Source: a virus. Taken from it: a stretch of 45,345 bases of DNA. A program made the position numbers and the translations under genes. Below the pieces are notes generated by a model. The model was not told where the DNA came from. It ran no database searches and saw nothing but the letters and a program-made list of their open reading frames with translations. Of the stretch, positions 29,783 to 39,303 are shown piece after piece (position 1 is the stretch's first letter; each line of letters opens with the position of its first letter). The stretch is taken from the IMG/VR virus record IMGVR_UViG_3300035128_000113. One strand, written 5' to 3'.

Positions 29783-30193
29783 CTATTCTCCTTTATACAG
29801 CAATGCCCTTACAGACAACTCAAATATTTTATCTATAGACCTTATGTTACCTACTGCCTGATCGTACGGCAAAATTCTTGGGCTCGTCTTCTTCTCTTCG
29901 TTATGCCTCTCACCATAGACCCATCCCTCTTTAACCTTCTTTTCAAACCATTCTTCATGTACCTCCTTCATAGATTGATTCGGTGTTTTCGCAACAATTT
30001 TAATTAACTCAACATAACCGATTAAAGACTTTAAATCAGCTTCTGACCCTGGCTCATGTCTCTCAATCTCCTCCCCATGTACTAGAAGTCTCACCTTTGA
30101 CATCAACTCCCGAAAAACATGAGCTAAGAAAAGACCCCTAGCATTTGTTACATTTAATTCATCAATCACCTTAGATGAAAACTCCTTTTCCAT
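29783..30193 (-). CDS. RyR-domain protein
   Basis: VHEEWFEKKVKEGWVYGERHNEEKKTSPRILPYDQ. Confidence 0.85.
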   Translation of the reverse strand: MEKEFSSKVIDELNVTNARGLFLAHVFRELMSKVRLLVHGEEIERHEPGSEADLKSLIGYVELIKIVAKTPNQSMKEVHEEWFEKKVKEGWVYGERHNEEKKTSPRILPYDQAVGNIRSIDKIFELSVRALLYKGE

Positions 30194-30197
30194 ATTC

Positions 30198-30593
30198 CTA
30201 TTCCCCTTTCTTGACCATAACTGCTACAGACTTCAACACTGTTTCTAGTATCTTATCCATAGACTTAACGAACGGGTCTAACTCATCATAAGGCAACATT
30301 TGCGGACTGGTTTTTTTGGCTTCATTAAATTCTTCTCCATAAACCCATCCTTCATCAATCTTATCCTTTCGAGACGCCTCGTACATGCCCCTCAAAGTTA
30401 CCGAGGGGTCCCTAATAAATTCTTTTACGAGACTTGTGTAGGCCTCATAAACTTCTGGGCTGTGTGCAGCGCCATACGGCAGGACGTCATTTCCGGTCAT
30501 CAGCCAACCGGCCCTTTGCATTATATCCGATACAACCCCCGCGAATTCCTCAAGCCTAACCTTGCGAATCTCCGTACTTTCATTGCTCTTCAT
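30198..30593 (-). CDS. RyR-domain protein
   Basis: KIDEGWVYGEEFNEAKKTSPQMLPYDELD; start moved to MKSNES (GAGGG RBS). Confidence 0.85.
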   Translation of the reverse strand: MKSNESTEIRKVRLEEFAGVVSDIMQRAGWLMTGNDVLPYGAAHSPEVYEAYTSLVKEFIRDPSVTLRGMYEASRKDKIDEGWVYGEEFNEAKKTSPQMLPYDELDPFVKSMDKILETVLKSVAVMVKKGE

Positions 30594-31146
30594 AAATACC
30601 CTCATATATTTTCATCTTAAATACCAATCTAACTATCATCTCAAAAAACAGATTAAAATTGCGTAACTTTTTATCCAAAGACTCATATGGGACTAAAAGG
30701 GCACTGACTTTATTCTTCACATCTGACTTGACCCCGAGCTTCCAGCCCATATCTAACATTTTCCGCCGATATCTTTCATGCCTATCTCTAACTCCCTCTT
30801 CGGGGTGAGCAACTATATCAGCTACATTGCTGGTATATATCGCATACCTCTCCGGGGTCAGCTCCGTATACATAGTCTCTTCGTCATCCATAATAAGACT
30901 TTCAAACAACCTCAATATCATGAAAATCTTTGAAACCACCCTTTCCTGATGTATACATCGGCCCATAATAATATTATATTCATCCGAACCCTCGGCAATC
31001 CCGTTGTCCTCCATAACCATTTCCATAAGCTTTTTAACCTTCTCCACCTCCTCAGCCGGAAGATCACTGCTTAATAACCTGAACTTAGCTCCCTTGCCCC
31101 TTAGTAGGGTATACGGGGCCCATTCGTTATTTCGCTTATCCTTCAT
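30580..31146 (-). CDS. RyR-domain protein (divergent, N-terminal extension)
   Basis: RHERYRRKMLDMGWKLGVKSDVKNKVSALLVPYESL. Confidence 0.8.
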   Translation of the reverse strand: MKDKRNNEWAPYTLLRGKGAKFRLLSSDLPAEEVEKVKKLMEMVMEDNGIAEGSDEYNIIMGRCIHQERVVSKIFMILRLFESLIMDDEETMYTELTPERYAIYTSNVADIVAHPEEGVRDRHERYRRKMLDMGWKLGVKSDVKNKVSALLVPYESLDKKLRNFNLFFEMIVRLVFKMKIYEGIYEEQ

Positions 31147-31640
31147 TTCATCTCCAACAAGATTCTGACTATCGCTTCGAAGGTCAAATAACTCGCCCTC
31201 ACAGAATACGGAAGGTCTTTAAACAAAATTAAACCCGGATGAATTTTATTTTCTATATCCAATTCATCCCCCAAGCTCCACCCGAAATCCTTCATGCCAA
31301 ATACAAACTTGTTATACAACTCCTCTATTGAAGCCTCAGGACACAAAATCATGTCCACTAAGAAACTCATGGTATTAATAAGCTCTTCTTGTCCGATATA
31401 ACTGAACTCACCTATCGGCTTCTCATCCATAGTGAGTCTTAATAATTCCAAAATCAACCTGACCTTATCCAGCTTTGAAATAACATACGTGAACTGCGCC
31501 AGCTTTTCTTCATCCTCTTCAAGGGTACTAAACCTACCCATCAAATACGGTGTATAGGCCTTGCCCTTAAGCAAAGCCGTCAACCCCTTGAACACAGAAG
31601 AACCATTACTGTTTACAAGACCCCTTGTTAAATGCTCCAT
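31143..31640 (-). CDS. RyR-domain protein (divergent, N-terminal extension)
   Basis: MKDFGWSLGDELDIENKIHPGLILFKDLP. Confidence 0.8.
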   Translation of the reverse strand: MEHLTRGLVNSNGSSVFKGLTALLKGKAYTPYLMGRFSTLEEDEEKLAQFTYVISKLDKVRLILELLRLTMDEKPIGEFSYIGQEELINTMSFLVDMILCPEASIEELYNKFVFGMKDFGWSLGDELDIENKIHPGLILFKDLPYSVRASYLTFEAIVRILLEMK

Positions 31641-32022
31641 TTTCTTCCCTTCTTTCTATCCCCTTCATTGTAAGATAATCCGACACCATTCCGGAAAACG
31701 CCTTGTCCAAGTCCAAAGCGGTTTTTGACAACTTTTCATATTCAACCAAACTGGGGTCAGTTTTTAATTTATCATCAAATGTATCTCCTAAAAACCACCC
31801 ATCGGCCAGCTGCTCATTCACCCAATCCGCATGAACTCGAGCCATATCAAGTACCCCATCTTCCAACAAATACTCCGCGTGCAACAACTTAACAAAATCT
31901 TCTTCTGAATATCTCTCCCACCTAGAGATGTAGTCTTCCCCGTCCAGCGTATTCTTGCAAACAATAACCAACTCACGTATCCCCATGAGCATGGTATCAC
32001 TCATAGCCTTAGGCTTACCCAT
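31606..32022 (-). CDS. RyR-domain protein
   Basis: VHADWVNEQLADGWFLGDTFDDKLKTDPSLVEYEKLS. Confidence 0.85.
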   Translation of the reverse strand: MGKPKAMSDTMLMGIRELVIVCKNTLDGEDYISRWERYSEEDFVKLLHAEYLLEDGVLDMARVHADWVNEQLADGWFLGDTFDDKLKTDPSLVEYEKLSKTALDLDKAFSGMVSDYLTMKGIERREENGAFNKGSCKQ

Positions 32023-32056
32023 GACTTCCTTCCTTTCTTTTTGTAAATTCTACAGA

Positions 32057-32968
32057 CTAACTCTGTATGTGATCTCCCAAGCCCACAAATGTTAAAGTTA
32101 TAGCCCGAAACAGCCTATCCCTGGCTTTAATCGTCTCTGGCAATCTGTCATATGGAACTATCGTAGGACCAATCTTATTTTCATGGTCAAACTCCTCACC
32201 GTAGGTCCACCCAGAGGCCACCAACTCTGCCATGTTCTCGGTACGTAACTCCTCATCAGTCCTGTTGAGGTCTTTCAACAAACGCAACATGTTAAGAGCA
32301 TACCCCTTAGCACAAGGCACCGTTAAGGGCGTGCTTATATACTTATTATTACCATTAAGCATTTTTGCAAACAGCCCTAAAAGAGTATGCACTCTCAATA
32401 AATAATCCACGCCCGGAACTCTCTCAACACATAGGTTATCTGGTACCAATAAAGCCCCAACTACAACAGAACCTAACTTATTTATTATATCATTCTTTTC
32501 CGTAGTCCTAACGGTCTTGAACGTGTACGGGAAACCAAACATTTCTTTAACCAATAAACCAAGAAACAAAGATCTAACCTTGGCCTTATATGGCCAACAA
32601 GAAAACGACGGCACCATATCTTCGCAAATGTCCCTAATTAGCTTCTCTGGACTACGCACTATCCCAGAGATTGCCATAAGCCCATTGCGTATAATCTCCT
32701 GACTTACATTCCTTACCTTGTCCAAACCATTCGGACCAACTTCCCTCCCAATAATATCCAATACTAAAAATATATCCTCCGTAGCCCCAATAAACTTAAT
32801 AAACCTTTCCACCGCCTCTGGCCCCTGAAGTGCTAGAAGCGGACCCCAAACCTCACCCATAAATTTACTGTCAGACACAGTGTCTACTTCCAGCGCCCTA
32901 ACATGCAACCTATATGCTGCAAGCTGAGCTGGCGTGTACTCCAACCCCACGACTTTCTTGTCGTCCAT
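32057..32968 (-). CDS. Two-module RyR-domain protein (~300 aa subfamily)
   Basis: C-terminal LVASGWTYGEEFDHENKIGPTIVPYDRLP...RD; paralogue of the two upstream genes. Confidence 0.8.
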   Translation of the reverse strand: MDDKKVVGLEYTPAQLAAYRLHVRALEVDTVSDSKFMGEVWGPLLALQGPEAVERFIKFIGATEDIFLVLDIIGREVGPNGLDKVRNVSQEIIRNGLMAISGIVRSPEKLIRDICEDMVPSFSCWPYKAKVRSLFLGLLVKEMFGFPYTFKTVRTTEKNDIINKLGSVVVGALLVPDNLCVERVPGVDYLLRVHTLLGLFAKMLNGNNKYISTPLTVPCAKGYALNMLRLLKDLNRTDEELRTENMAELVASGWTYGEEFDHENKIGPTIVPYDRLPETIKARDRLFRAITLTFVGLGDHIQS

Positions 32969-33005
32969 AATTCCCTCCTTCTATATTGTTAACTATTCTA
33001 TCGAC

Positions 33006-33926
33006 TTAAATATACAACCCGAGCTCCGCCAAGATAAACACCACAGCCTCCATTAATACCTCTCGCTGCTGCGTCTTCCGCGACATCTCAGAGAATGGCT
33101 TGACGATGTGCGTAACCTTGTTGTCTATATCAAGAACTTCCCCTGACCTCCACCCAGCACCCAATAGCCCCTCAGCTCTACGGTTATGCCTCTGCTCTAC
33201 AGAAAGCCTGAGATTTGATAGAACCTGGAGAACGTCTATCGCGTAACCAACCGCAAACCTGGGTAACAAAGGAGTGTACATATAATTAGGATTAGCATTA
33301 AATATCTTAGCCATAAGGCCCATTATGGTGTGCATTCTCAATAGAACGTCTAACCCAAGAACTCCTTGTAATGAGCCTAACTGCTGCATGATCGTAACCC
33401 CCTTCATGCGGTCCATCAAATCGCAAGCCCTCCGGCTCAACACAAGGGACTCCCGGTCTACCGACTTGCGAGGTAAATTAAACCGTTGCTTAATAAGCAA
33501 CTCAAAAAATAAATACTTCACCCGAATCTTCTCTGGCCACACAGCGAAGGCCCCCAACTCCGGACTATCCAACTCCCGAACTGATTTCTCCGGATTACTC
33601 AGAATTTCGGAAAGCATCTCTAGGGTGTACCTTACCCTTTCGTCACCCACCGGCTTCAACGGCCCCAAGTCTTCCCCCTCCACCGTCTTTTCGATGACCC
33701 TCAACAATAACATAATCAAATCCGGGCAATTAATCATGCACATAAATTGGTCACAAGCAGCACCCCCAATAGGCGAACACGCCAATTTCTTCCATATCCC
33801 TGTTATAAACCCCTGGTCGTCCAACACATTAAGAATAATCCCCTCTGAAGCCCTCCGATACTCATCCAATTGTTCCTTTGTATACTCAACTCCCAATACC
33901 TCTTCTTCATTTACGGTCGCATTCAT
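33006..33926 (-). CDS. Two-module RyR-domain protein (~300 aa subfamily)
   Basis: GAGWRSGEVLDIDNKVTHIVKPFSEMS; start moved to MNATV, whose RBS context matches that of 34887. Confidence 0.8.
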   Translation of the reverse strand: MNATVNEEEVLGVEYTKEQLDEYRRASEGIILNVLDDQGFITGIWKKLACSPIGGAACDQFMCMINCPDLIMLLLRVIEKTVEGEDLGPLKPVGDERVRYTLEMLSEILSNPEKSVRELDSPELGAFAVWPEKIRVKYLFFELLIKQRFNLPRKSVDRESLVLSRRACDLMDRMKGVTIMQQLGSLQGVLGLDVLLRMHTIMGLMAKIFNANPNYMYTPLLPRFAVGYAIDVLQVLSNLRLSVEQRHNRRAEGLLGAGWRSGEVLDIDNKVTHIVKPFSEMSRKTQQREVLMEAVVFILAELGLYI

Positions 33927-33966
33927 GGCTACGAACCTTCCTTTCTTTATAAACTTTCTCGACCTT

Positions 33967-34887
33967 CTAAAAACACTCGTAATACCCAATAATCAATAAA
34001 ACGATCGCCCACATTACCCGGTCTCGTTGCAGTGCGGCAACCGGGGCCTCCTCAAAAGGTATTAACCAGGGAGTTGTTTTACTCTCTACATCAATTCTAT
34101 TGCCTAAAGTCCACCCATCTTTAGTTAGTTCTTTAACTCTCCTAAGATACCTCTCCTCTTGCCCCCTAAGAGGGTTTTCCAAAATACGCAAAACCTCCGT
34201 TGAATATCCCACCACAAAATCCCGGGTCAATGGCTTTGGCCTCGAACTGGACACCACCCGTAAAAGCTTGGCCATCAACCATATAAGAGTATGAATACGC
34301 GCTACTACCGGAACTCCGGGGGCATCCTTAATTGAGCGATCCCTCGGCGTATTCTGTATCTGTAATAGTCGATAGAATAATAAACGCATATCCTCCGTTA
34401 CTTTTGGCTCCACCTCTATCTTTACTCTATATGGAAGCTTACACACTTCCTTAATCATTAGATCTAAAAGCAAATACCGTGCCTGCTCCCGACGGGATAA
34501 TTCATCGAAGCTTTTCCACAAGCTACTACTAATGCTTCGAACAGATTTGCCCGGGCAACTCAATATCTCGGCAGTAACAGTCATAGCATTCTTAACCGCC
34601 TCCTCACTCGGAAGCTCTAAAATTTCTAACGACTTCCATTCAACGGTTTTGCCTATGACCTCCATCATAAGTAAAACAAAATCCAACCTGCCAGTGAACT
34701 CCATATACTGATTATAAGCCTGCACCCCCTCCACCCGCTCAATAAGCATTCGCCCCAAGCTATCCATGATCTTCTTATTAAATATAAGATCTATCATGAT
34801 TCTCTCATACCTGGAGCTATATTCTTCTAACTGCCTAGGAGTTATTTCGAACTCCACTACTTCTTCTTCAACTCGGTTTGTAGTCAT
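33967..34887 (-). CDS. Two-module RyR-domain protein (~300 aa subfamily)
   Basis: TKDGWTLGNRIDVESKTTPWLIPFEEAP...RD. Confidence 0.8.
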   Translation of the reverse strand: MTTNRVEEEVVEFEITPRQLEEYSSRYERIMIDLIFNKKIMDSLGRMLIERVEGVQAYNQYMEFTGRLDFVLLMMEVIGKTVEWKSLEILELPSEEAVKNAMTVTAEILSCPGKSVRSISSSLWKSFDELSRREQARYLLLDLMIKEVCKLPYRVKIEVEPKVTEDMRLLFYRLLQIQNTPRDRSIKDAPGVPVVARIHTLIWLMAKLLRVVSSSRPKPLTRDFVVGYSTEVLRILENPLRGQEERYLRRVKELTKDGWTLGNRIDVESKTTPWLIPFEEAPVAALQRDRVMWAIVLLIIGYYECF

Positions 34888-34960
34888 GGTTACAAACCTC
34901 CTTCCTGTGTTAATTAAAGGATAATCAATTATCCTTTAAAGATTCGATGATCCCTTCTAG

Positions 34961-35179
34961 CTAGAGCCTACAGACTTCATATCCATTTACGAAGCCTCGG
35001 CGAGTAATACCTAGGTCAATCCTAACCGCACGGTCAACCCACTTTACGGCTTTTCGTAAACTGTCTGCGGACAACAAAATATCTGCCTCCAGATAATCGT
35101 GCCACCTAGACCGAGCAACTACGATAAACTTGTCATCACAACTGGGGATAATGACATAATCCCCGCAACAATAGTGCAT
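34961..35179 (-). CDS. Small hypothetical protein
   Basis: Start moved to MHYCCG (GGAGG RBS), with a promoter just upstream. Confidence 0.55.
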   Translation of the reverse strand: MHYCCGDYVIIPSCDDKFIVVARSRWHDYLEADILLSADSLRKAVKWVDRAVRIDLGITRRGFVNGYEVCRL

Positions 35180-35227
35180 TGGTTCCCTCCTTGCCTTGGT
35201 TGTTATCCGAATTAATCGAATATAATT

Positions 35228-35256
35228 ATAGTAACACGCACATAAATTTTTATCAA
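35228..35256 (-). promoter_or_regulatory. Sigma70-type promoter re-initiating transcription into the left RyR block
   Basis: TTGATA-17 nt-TACTAT with an extended TG. Confidence 0.55.
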
Positions 35257-35438
35257 ATATTATTAACTTCCATAACTCCTTAAAAATACACAATAAAATA
35301 CACAATAAAATAAACCTGCAAAACCCATAAGTCCCAAATACACGGATAACTTCCGAAAACTCCCTCAAATACATTTGCACGATAGAAAAATAAATCCTAT
35401 CATGCCCCATCACCAACCCATAACCAAGGAGATACACT

Positions 35439-36356
35439 ATGGGAACTTCTCGCCTGAACGTTTGGCTTCGTGACTACAACTGCGTGCCCCTCACCAACTG
35501 CTGGCTTCTCGACCTCGTCGTCCAGTATTGCAACGGCACCCCGCTCTACTCCGTCTTCCCCCTGCTCGAACAGCTGAAATCTCGATACGCTACCCCGGCC
35601 TCCGCCGTCGACTTGTCAAACTACCCGCTGCCCGACCAGGCCGGTCGATACATCACCATCACCACCAACACCTCCTCCCTGACCCTTAACATCACAACCA
35701 GCTGCACCACCAAAGCCGAAGTCTTCAACGCCCTCAAAGCCTACTTCACCAACGTCAATGTGAACCTCGACTTCGATAACGACCAAATCGTCCTCACAAC
35801 CCTCGATAAAGGACCGTCTCAATTCATCAATATCGATACCGACTCCGACATCCAATTCTCCACCCCCACCCCCGGCTCCGGATACGAAATCTCTACCAGA
35901 TACTACCACGGCGCCTATCGCATCAAAATCTATCCGCCCGCAGGTCAATACATCAACCACGTAGAACTCGACGTCCCCCCGGGCTGCTACCGAATCTGGG
36001 CTCGCTGCTGCCACGGAAAAAATGAAGAAACTTCAACCGTTATGCTCCCCGTCGAGTCCTGCGGTACCTGCTACTCCGTGAACCTCATCCTCCCCGAAGT
36101 GATGAACTGCTCGCAAAACGTCATCTACCCGCTTATGGATAAACTCGCGAACGACTACGTACAGGCTATCCCCGAAGTGAACGACCAAGCCCTCGTATTC
36201 CGAGGCGTCGCACTCATCGCCGGCCTAGGCCGTGAACAAATCCTCAACGAACTCGAAGAACGAAAACAAGACGCTATACTTATCAACCGTACGGACCTCG
36301 CCGAACGCGTCGATACCCTGATTAATATCGCCCAACTCCTGCCGACCTGCCTCTAA
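35439..36356 (+). CDS. Cys-rich hypothetical protein with an insert resembling a sheath domain
   Basis: AAGGAG RBS; 305 aa; the only credible plus-strand gene; stop overlaps the convergent RyR gene stop. Confidence 0.85.
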   Translation: MGTSRLNVWLRDYNCVPLTNCWLLDLVVQYCNGTPLYSVFPLLEQLKSRYATPASAVDLSNYPLPDQAGRYITITTNTSSLTLNITTSCTTKAEVFNALKAYFTNVNVNLDFDNDQIVLTTLDKGPSQFINIDTDSDIQFSTPTPGSGYEISTRYYHGAYRIKIYPPAGQYINHVELDVPPGCYRIWARCCHGKNEETSTVMLPVESCGTCYSVNLILPEVMNCSQNVIYPLMDKLANDYVQAIPEVNDQALVFRGVALIAGLGREQILNELEERKQDAILINRTDLAERVDTLINIAQLLPTCL

Positions 36357-36595
36357 GCCCCGTCCTTCTTCCGTCTCCAAATCACATCATTAAGAATATG
36401 GGCAAACACTCGATATTCAGTTTGTGCCCTTAAAGACAAATCTTTATACGGAACAATATACGGACTCTCCTTCTTGTCGAGGTCTACTACTTTACTATAC
36501 TTCCACCCACTATCCTTCATCTCTTGTACCCAGCTATCATAGGCTTCCTCAACAATACGTTCTATATCCTCACGATTGCTCACAAGCTTTTCCAT
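36353..36595 (-). CDS. Minimal RyR-domain protein
   Basis: AYDSWVQEMKDSGWKYSKVVDLDKKESPYIVPYKDLS. Confidence 0.85.
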   Translation of the reverse strand: MEKLVSNREDIERIVEEAYDSWVQEMKDSGWKYSKVVDLDKKESPYIVPYKDLSLRAQTEYRVFAHILNDVIWRRKKDGA

Positions 36596-36679
36596 AAATA
36601 ACTCCTTTGTTCTAATCCTAGAACGCAGACATCCTACTTACTGTAAATGAATTACGAAGACTTGATAACCTTGCGACCC

Positions 36680-37468
36680 TTACCCTACATCAGCACTCTC
36701 AAAACACAGCAACGCCTTTACGATGGACGTAAACAACTTGTCCTTCACCCTTTGCTCCTCCGGCAACTTCTCGTACTCCACCATACACGGATGCTCTTTC
36801 TTCTCTACATCCTTCTCCACCCCGTACTTCCAACCGTCTCGTTCCTTATCCCGTAACCAATTCTTATGACTCTCCTCGGGTGTAAGATTCGGATTAGCCA
36901 TAATAGCACTTATACCACTCTTACTCGACTTAACCTGCCAGTTCTGCGCGTTCTCCCACCTGGGCTGAGAATAATCCCCCAACGCCTCGCAAAAAAGACG
37001 ATTAACCTCGTGAACAATATGTGCGATTTCGTCTATCTCAATAACGGGTTTCATTACTAACTCCTGATTTAAATTAAAGTGTACCACCCTCCGACTAGAG
37101 AGACAGGTCCCCCTCCCTAACAACGTCCTGACTAAAACGTCAACTAACGTATCTCGTACCCTCTGCTGCGAAGGCAACCTTCTATACTCTACTATATCTG
37201 GATGCTCCTTTCTTTCCCTGTCCAATTTCATACCGTACGTCCACCCGCGCTCCTTCATGAAAGCCATCCACTCATCGTGAGCTACCTCAGAACTATACTC
37301 CGGGTTCCTTATAATATTATTAACTCCTTCCTTAGCTATCTGGACTTCCCAGTCAAGTGCACCTTCCCATGCCCGGCGCGGCCTCTCCCCTAAAGCCTCT
37401 CGATAAATACGATCAGCTTCATAAACAATATGAGCTATCTCATCCTTACTAATAATATATTCCATCAC
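36680..37468 (-). CDS. Tandem double RyR-domain protein (internal in-frame start at 37054)
   Basis: Two complete copies (AHDEW...GWTYG...EHPDIVEY..LP..Q and SHKNW...GWKYG...EHPCMVEY..LP..Q); internal AGGAG RBS. Confidence 0.9.
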   Translation of the reverse strand: MMEYIISKDEIAHIVYEADRIYREALGERPRRAWEGALDWEVQIAKEGVNNIIRNPEYSSEVAHDEWMAFMKERGWTYGMKLDRERKEHPDIVEYRRLPSQQRVRDTLVDVLVRTLLGRGTCLSSRRVVHFNLNQELVMKPVIEIDEIAHIVHEVNRLFCEALGDYSQPRWENAQNWQVKSSKSGISAIMANPNLTPEESHKNWLRDKERDGWKYGVEKDVEKKEHPCMVEYEKLPEEQRVKDKLFTSIVKALLCFESADVG

Positions 37469-37475
37469 TCCTCCA

Positions 37476-37838
37476 CTATAGTGCGCCTAACAAAGTTTTA
37501 GTTATAACCTCCGTCAACCTATACGGAACCTTCTGCTGAATTGGTAACCGGTCGTAATCAACTAAATCGGGGTGCGTCATCTTAACTACATCAAACTCCC
37601 TACCCCACTTCCAACCAGCTAATACCATCTCCCACACCCAATTACTGTGCACCTCCCTTGAAGTAATGTCCGGATTCTTCACGAAACGCTCCACCCCAAA
37701 TTTAACTCCCTTAAGCCTCCACTCCGGTGCCTCCTCCACCCTAGGCCACACAACATCCCCAAAGGAACTACCAAAAATCCTGGTGGCCTCGTAAACTATA
37801 ACCGCTATCTCATCGGTACTAATAATAGGATTCATCAC
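37476..37838 (-). CDS. RyR-domain protein
   Basis: VHSNWVWEMVLAGWKWGREFDVVKMTHPDLVDYDRLP. Confidence 0.88.
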   Translation of the reverse strand: MMNPIISTDEIAVIVYEATRIFGSSFGDVVWPRVEEAPEWRLKGVKFGVERFVKNPDITSREVHSNWVWEMVLAGWKWGREFDVVKMTHPDLVDYDRLPIQQKVPYRLTEVITKTLLGAL

Positions 37839-38053
37839 TACTCACTCTCTTCCCCTTCATACCTCCGATAGTCCTCCGGACACCTGGGATCATACACACC
37901 TCCTATGTCCCAATTCACTAAACACTCCTCACAATTCCACGGCGGCCCGTACTCACAATCAAACTCATACCCGCAATCCGTCCAAGTCGAATAACCACCA
38001 CACGTCGGTATATCCTCGGGTTCCTCATAACCAACCATCTCTACGTCAACCAT
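37838..38053 (-). CDS. Small Cys-rich acidic hypothetical protein
   Basis: CGG...DCGYEFDCEY...CEECLVN; 1-nt stop/start overlaps with both neighbours. Confidence 0.75.
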   Translation of the reverse strand: MVDVEMVGYEEPEDIPTCGGYSTWTDCGYEFDCEYGPPWNCEECLVNWDIGGVYDPRCPEDYRRYEGEESE

Positions 38054-38424
38054 TACTCATCTAGCCCTATTCCTAACAAAGTCTTAATCGTAACGCTAAT
38101 TAACCGGTCCCTCATCCGTATCCAACTAGGAAGCATGTCGTAATCCGCTAAATCCGGATGAACCTTCGCCTCCAAATCAGCCTTCTCCCCGTACTTCCAA
38201 CCCTCCTTCTTCATCTTCTCTACCCACATCCTATGTGCAACCTTCGGAGTTAATGTCGGGTGCTTGGCTATATACTTAATCCCCTCTTTAAGATTCTTAA
38301 TATTATTCTTATCCAAATATTCCCAAGCAGCTCCTACCGGCTTCCCAACTACTACACAATACATACATTCAACCTCATGGGCAATCCAAGCAATATTATC
38401 TACACTAATTTTCGGACTCATCAT
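38053..38424 (-). CDS. RyR-domain protein
   Basis: AHRMWVEKMKKEGWKYGEKADLEAKVHPDLADYDMLP; AAGGAGG RBS. Confidence 0.88.
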   Translation of the reverse strand: MMSPKISVDNIAWIAHEVECMYCVVVGKPVGAAWEYLDKNNIKNLKEGIKYIAKHPTLTPKVAHRMWVEKMKKEGWKYGEKADLEAKVHPDLADYDMLPSWIRMRDRLISVTIKTLLGIGLDE

Positions 38425-38544
38425 AACCTCCTTTATTTGGTTTATAACATAAACATTAAATCAACATAGCATACATTAAGTATCATCAAATGTAAATACT
38501 CCATATAAACATCTAATAACATTAACATAACTAGGATACTCCCA

Positions 38545-38771
38545 AACCATTCCCCCCAACACACCTAGAGAAACCTCTCCCCCCCCCGTCCCTACACATT
38601 CCCCCATCTCCCCCCATAACAACCTCTCCCCCCAATAACAACCTCTCCCCCCAACTACAGATAATTACCTCCAACCTTCCACATACTACTACCACAATAC
38701 CTCTACCACCAATTAACCAATTTAGACTGCATACCCTCCCTCAGACTGCACGCCTCCCATCACCCCCTCCC
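38545..38771. repeat. Oligo-C tract region with a ~20-bp tandem repeat (ataacaacctctcccccca x2)
   Basis: Many C5-C9 runs; almost no G on the plus strand. Confidence 0.8.
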
Positions 38772-39027
38772 GGCGAAACTGTAGGGTGGCCCACCGCAGC
38801 CAAATACCGTACCTAAAGGTTAAACTTAACCAAAGCCAATGCGCCACAGCCCCTAATTCTATTGGGGTATACGAGCCTGACATGACCGTAGCGACCAGTA
38901 GGCCAAGCTAGGCCCCCTATGAACATTGGCCTAGACCTATGATTTCTAGATTCCATGTTTGTGTGCCCATGCAGAAAGTCTTGACAAGGCATAATCCCAC
39001 GTGAGGTAGGGGGCACATAAAAAATCT

Positions 39028-39303
39028 TCATATACCCCCTATGGATAAAGGGCGATAGTGATTCACGATCATCACATACCCCCTATGAATAAAGGACGAT
39101 AAGATGTTTGAATAGAAACAATCAATCTGACTTTGAGTCAATATCCATAGTAGTATGATGGGTATACGTATCTCATATACCCCCTATGAATAAAGGACGA
39201 TATGAGGGTACAAGCATTAGCCGGTAGCGTCATTTAGAGCAATAGGGGCAGGCCCTTTAGCAGGATAGGCACGTCATATACCCCCTATAAATAAAGGGCG
39301 AAA
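39028..39303. repeat. Four ~30-bp direct repeats TCAYATACCCCCTATRRATAAAGGRCGA
   Basis: Copies start at 39028, 39072, 39173 and 39274; degenerate fifth copy near 39363. Confidence 0.9.

Noticed and set aside
35439-36356. Recent horizontal acquisition of the plus-strand gene based on C-ending codons
   Set aside because: The same plus-strand C-richness runs through the neighbouring minus-strand genes, so strand skew explains it
39028-39303. Mini CRISPR array
   Set aside because: Spacers of about 14, 71 and 71 bp are outside the CRISPR range, repeats are non-palindromic, and there are no cas genes in the window
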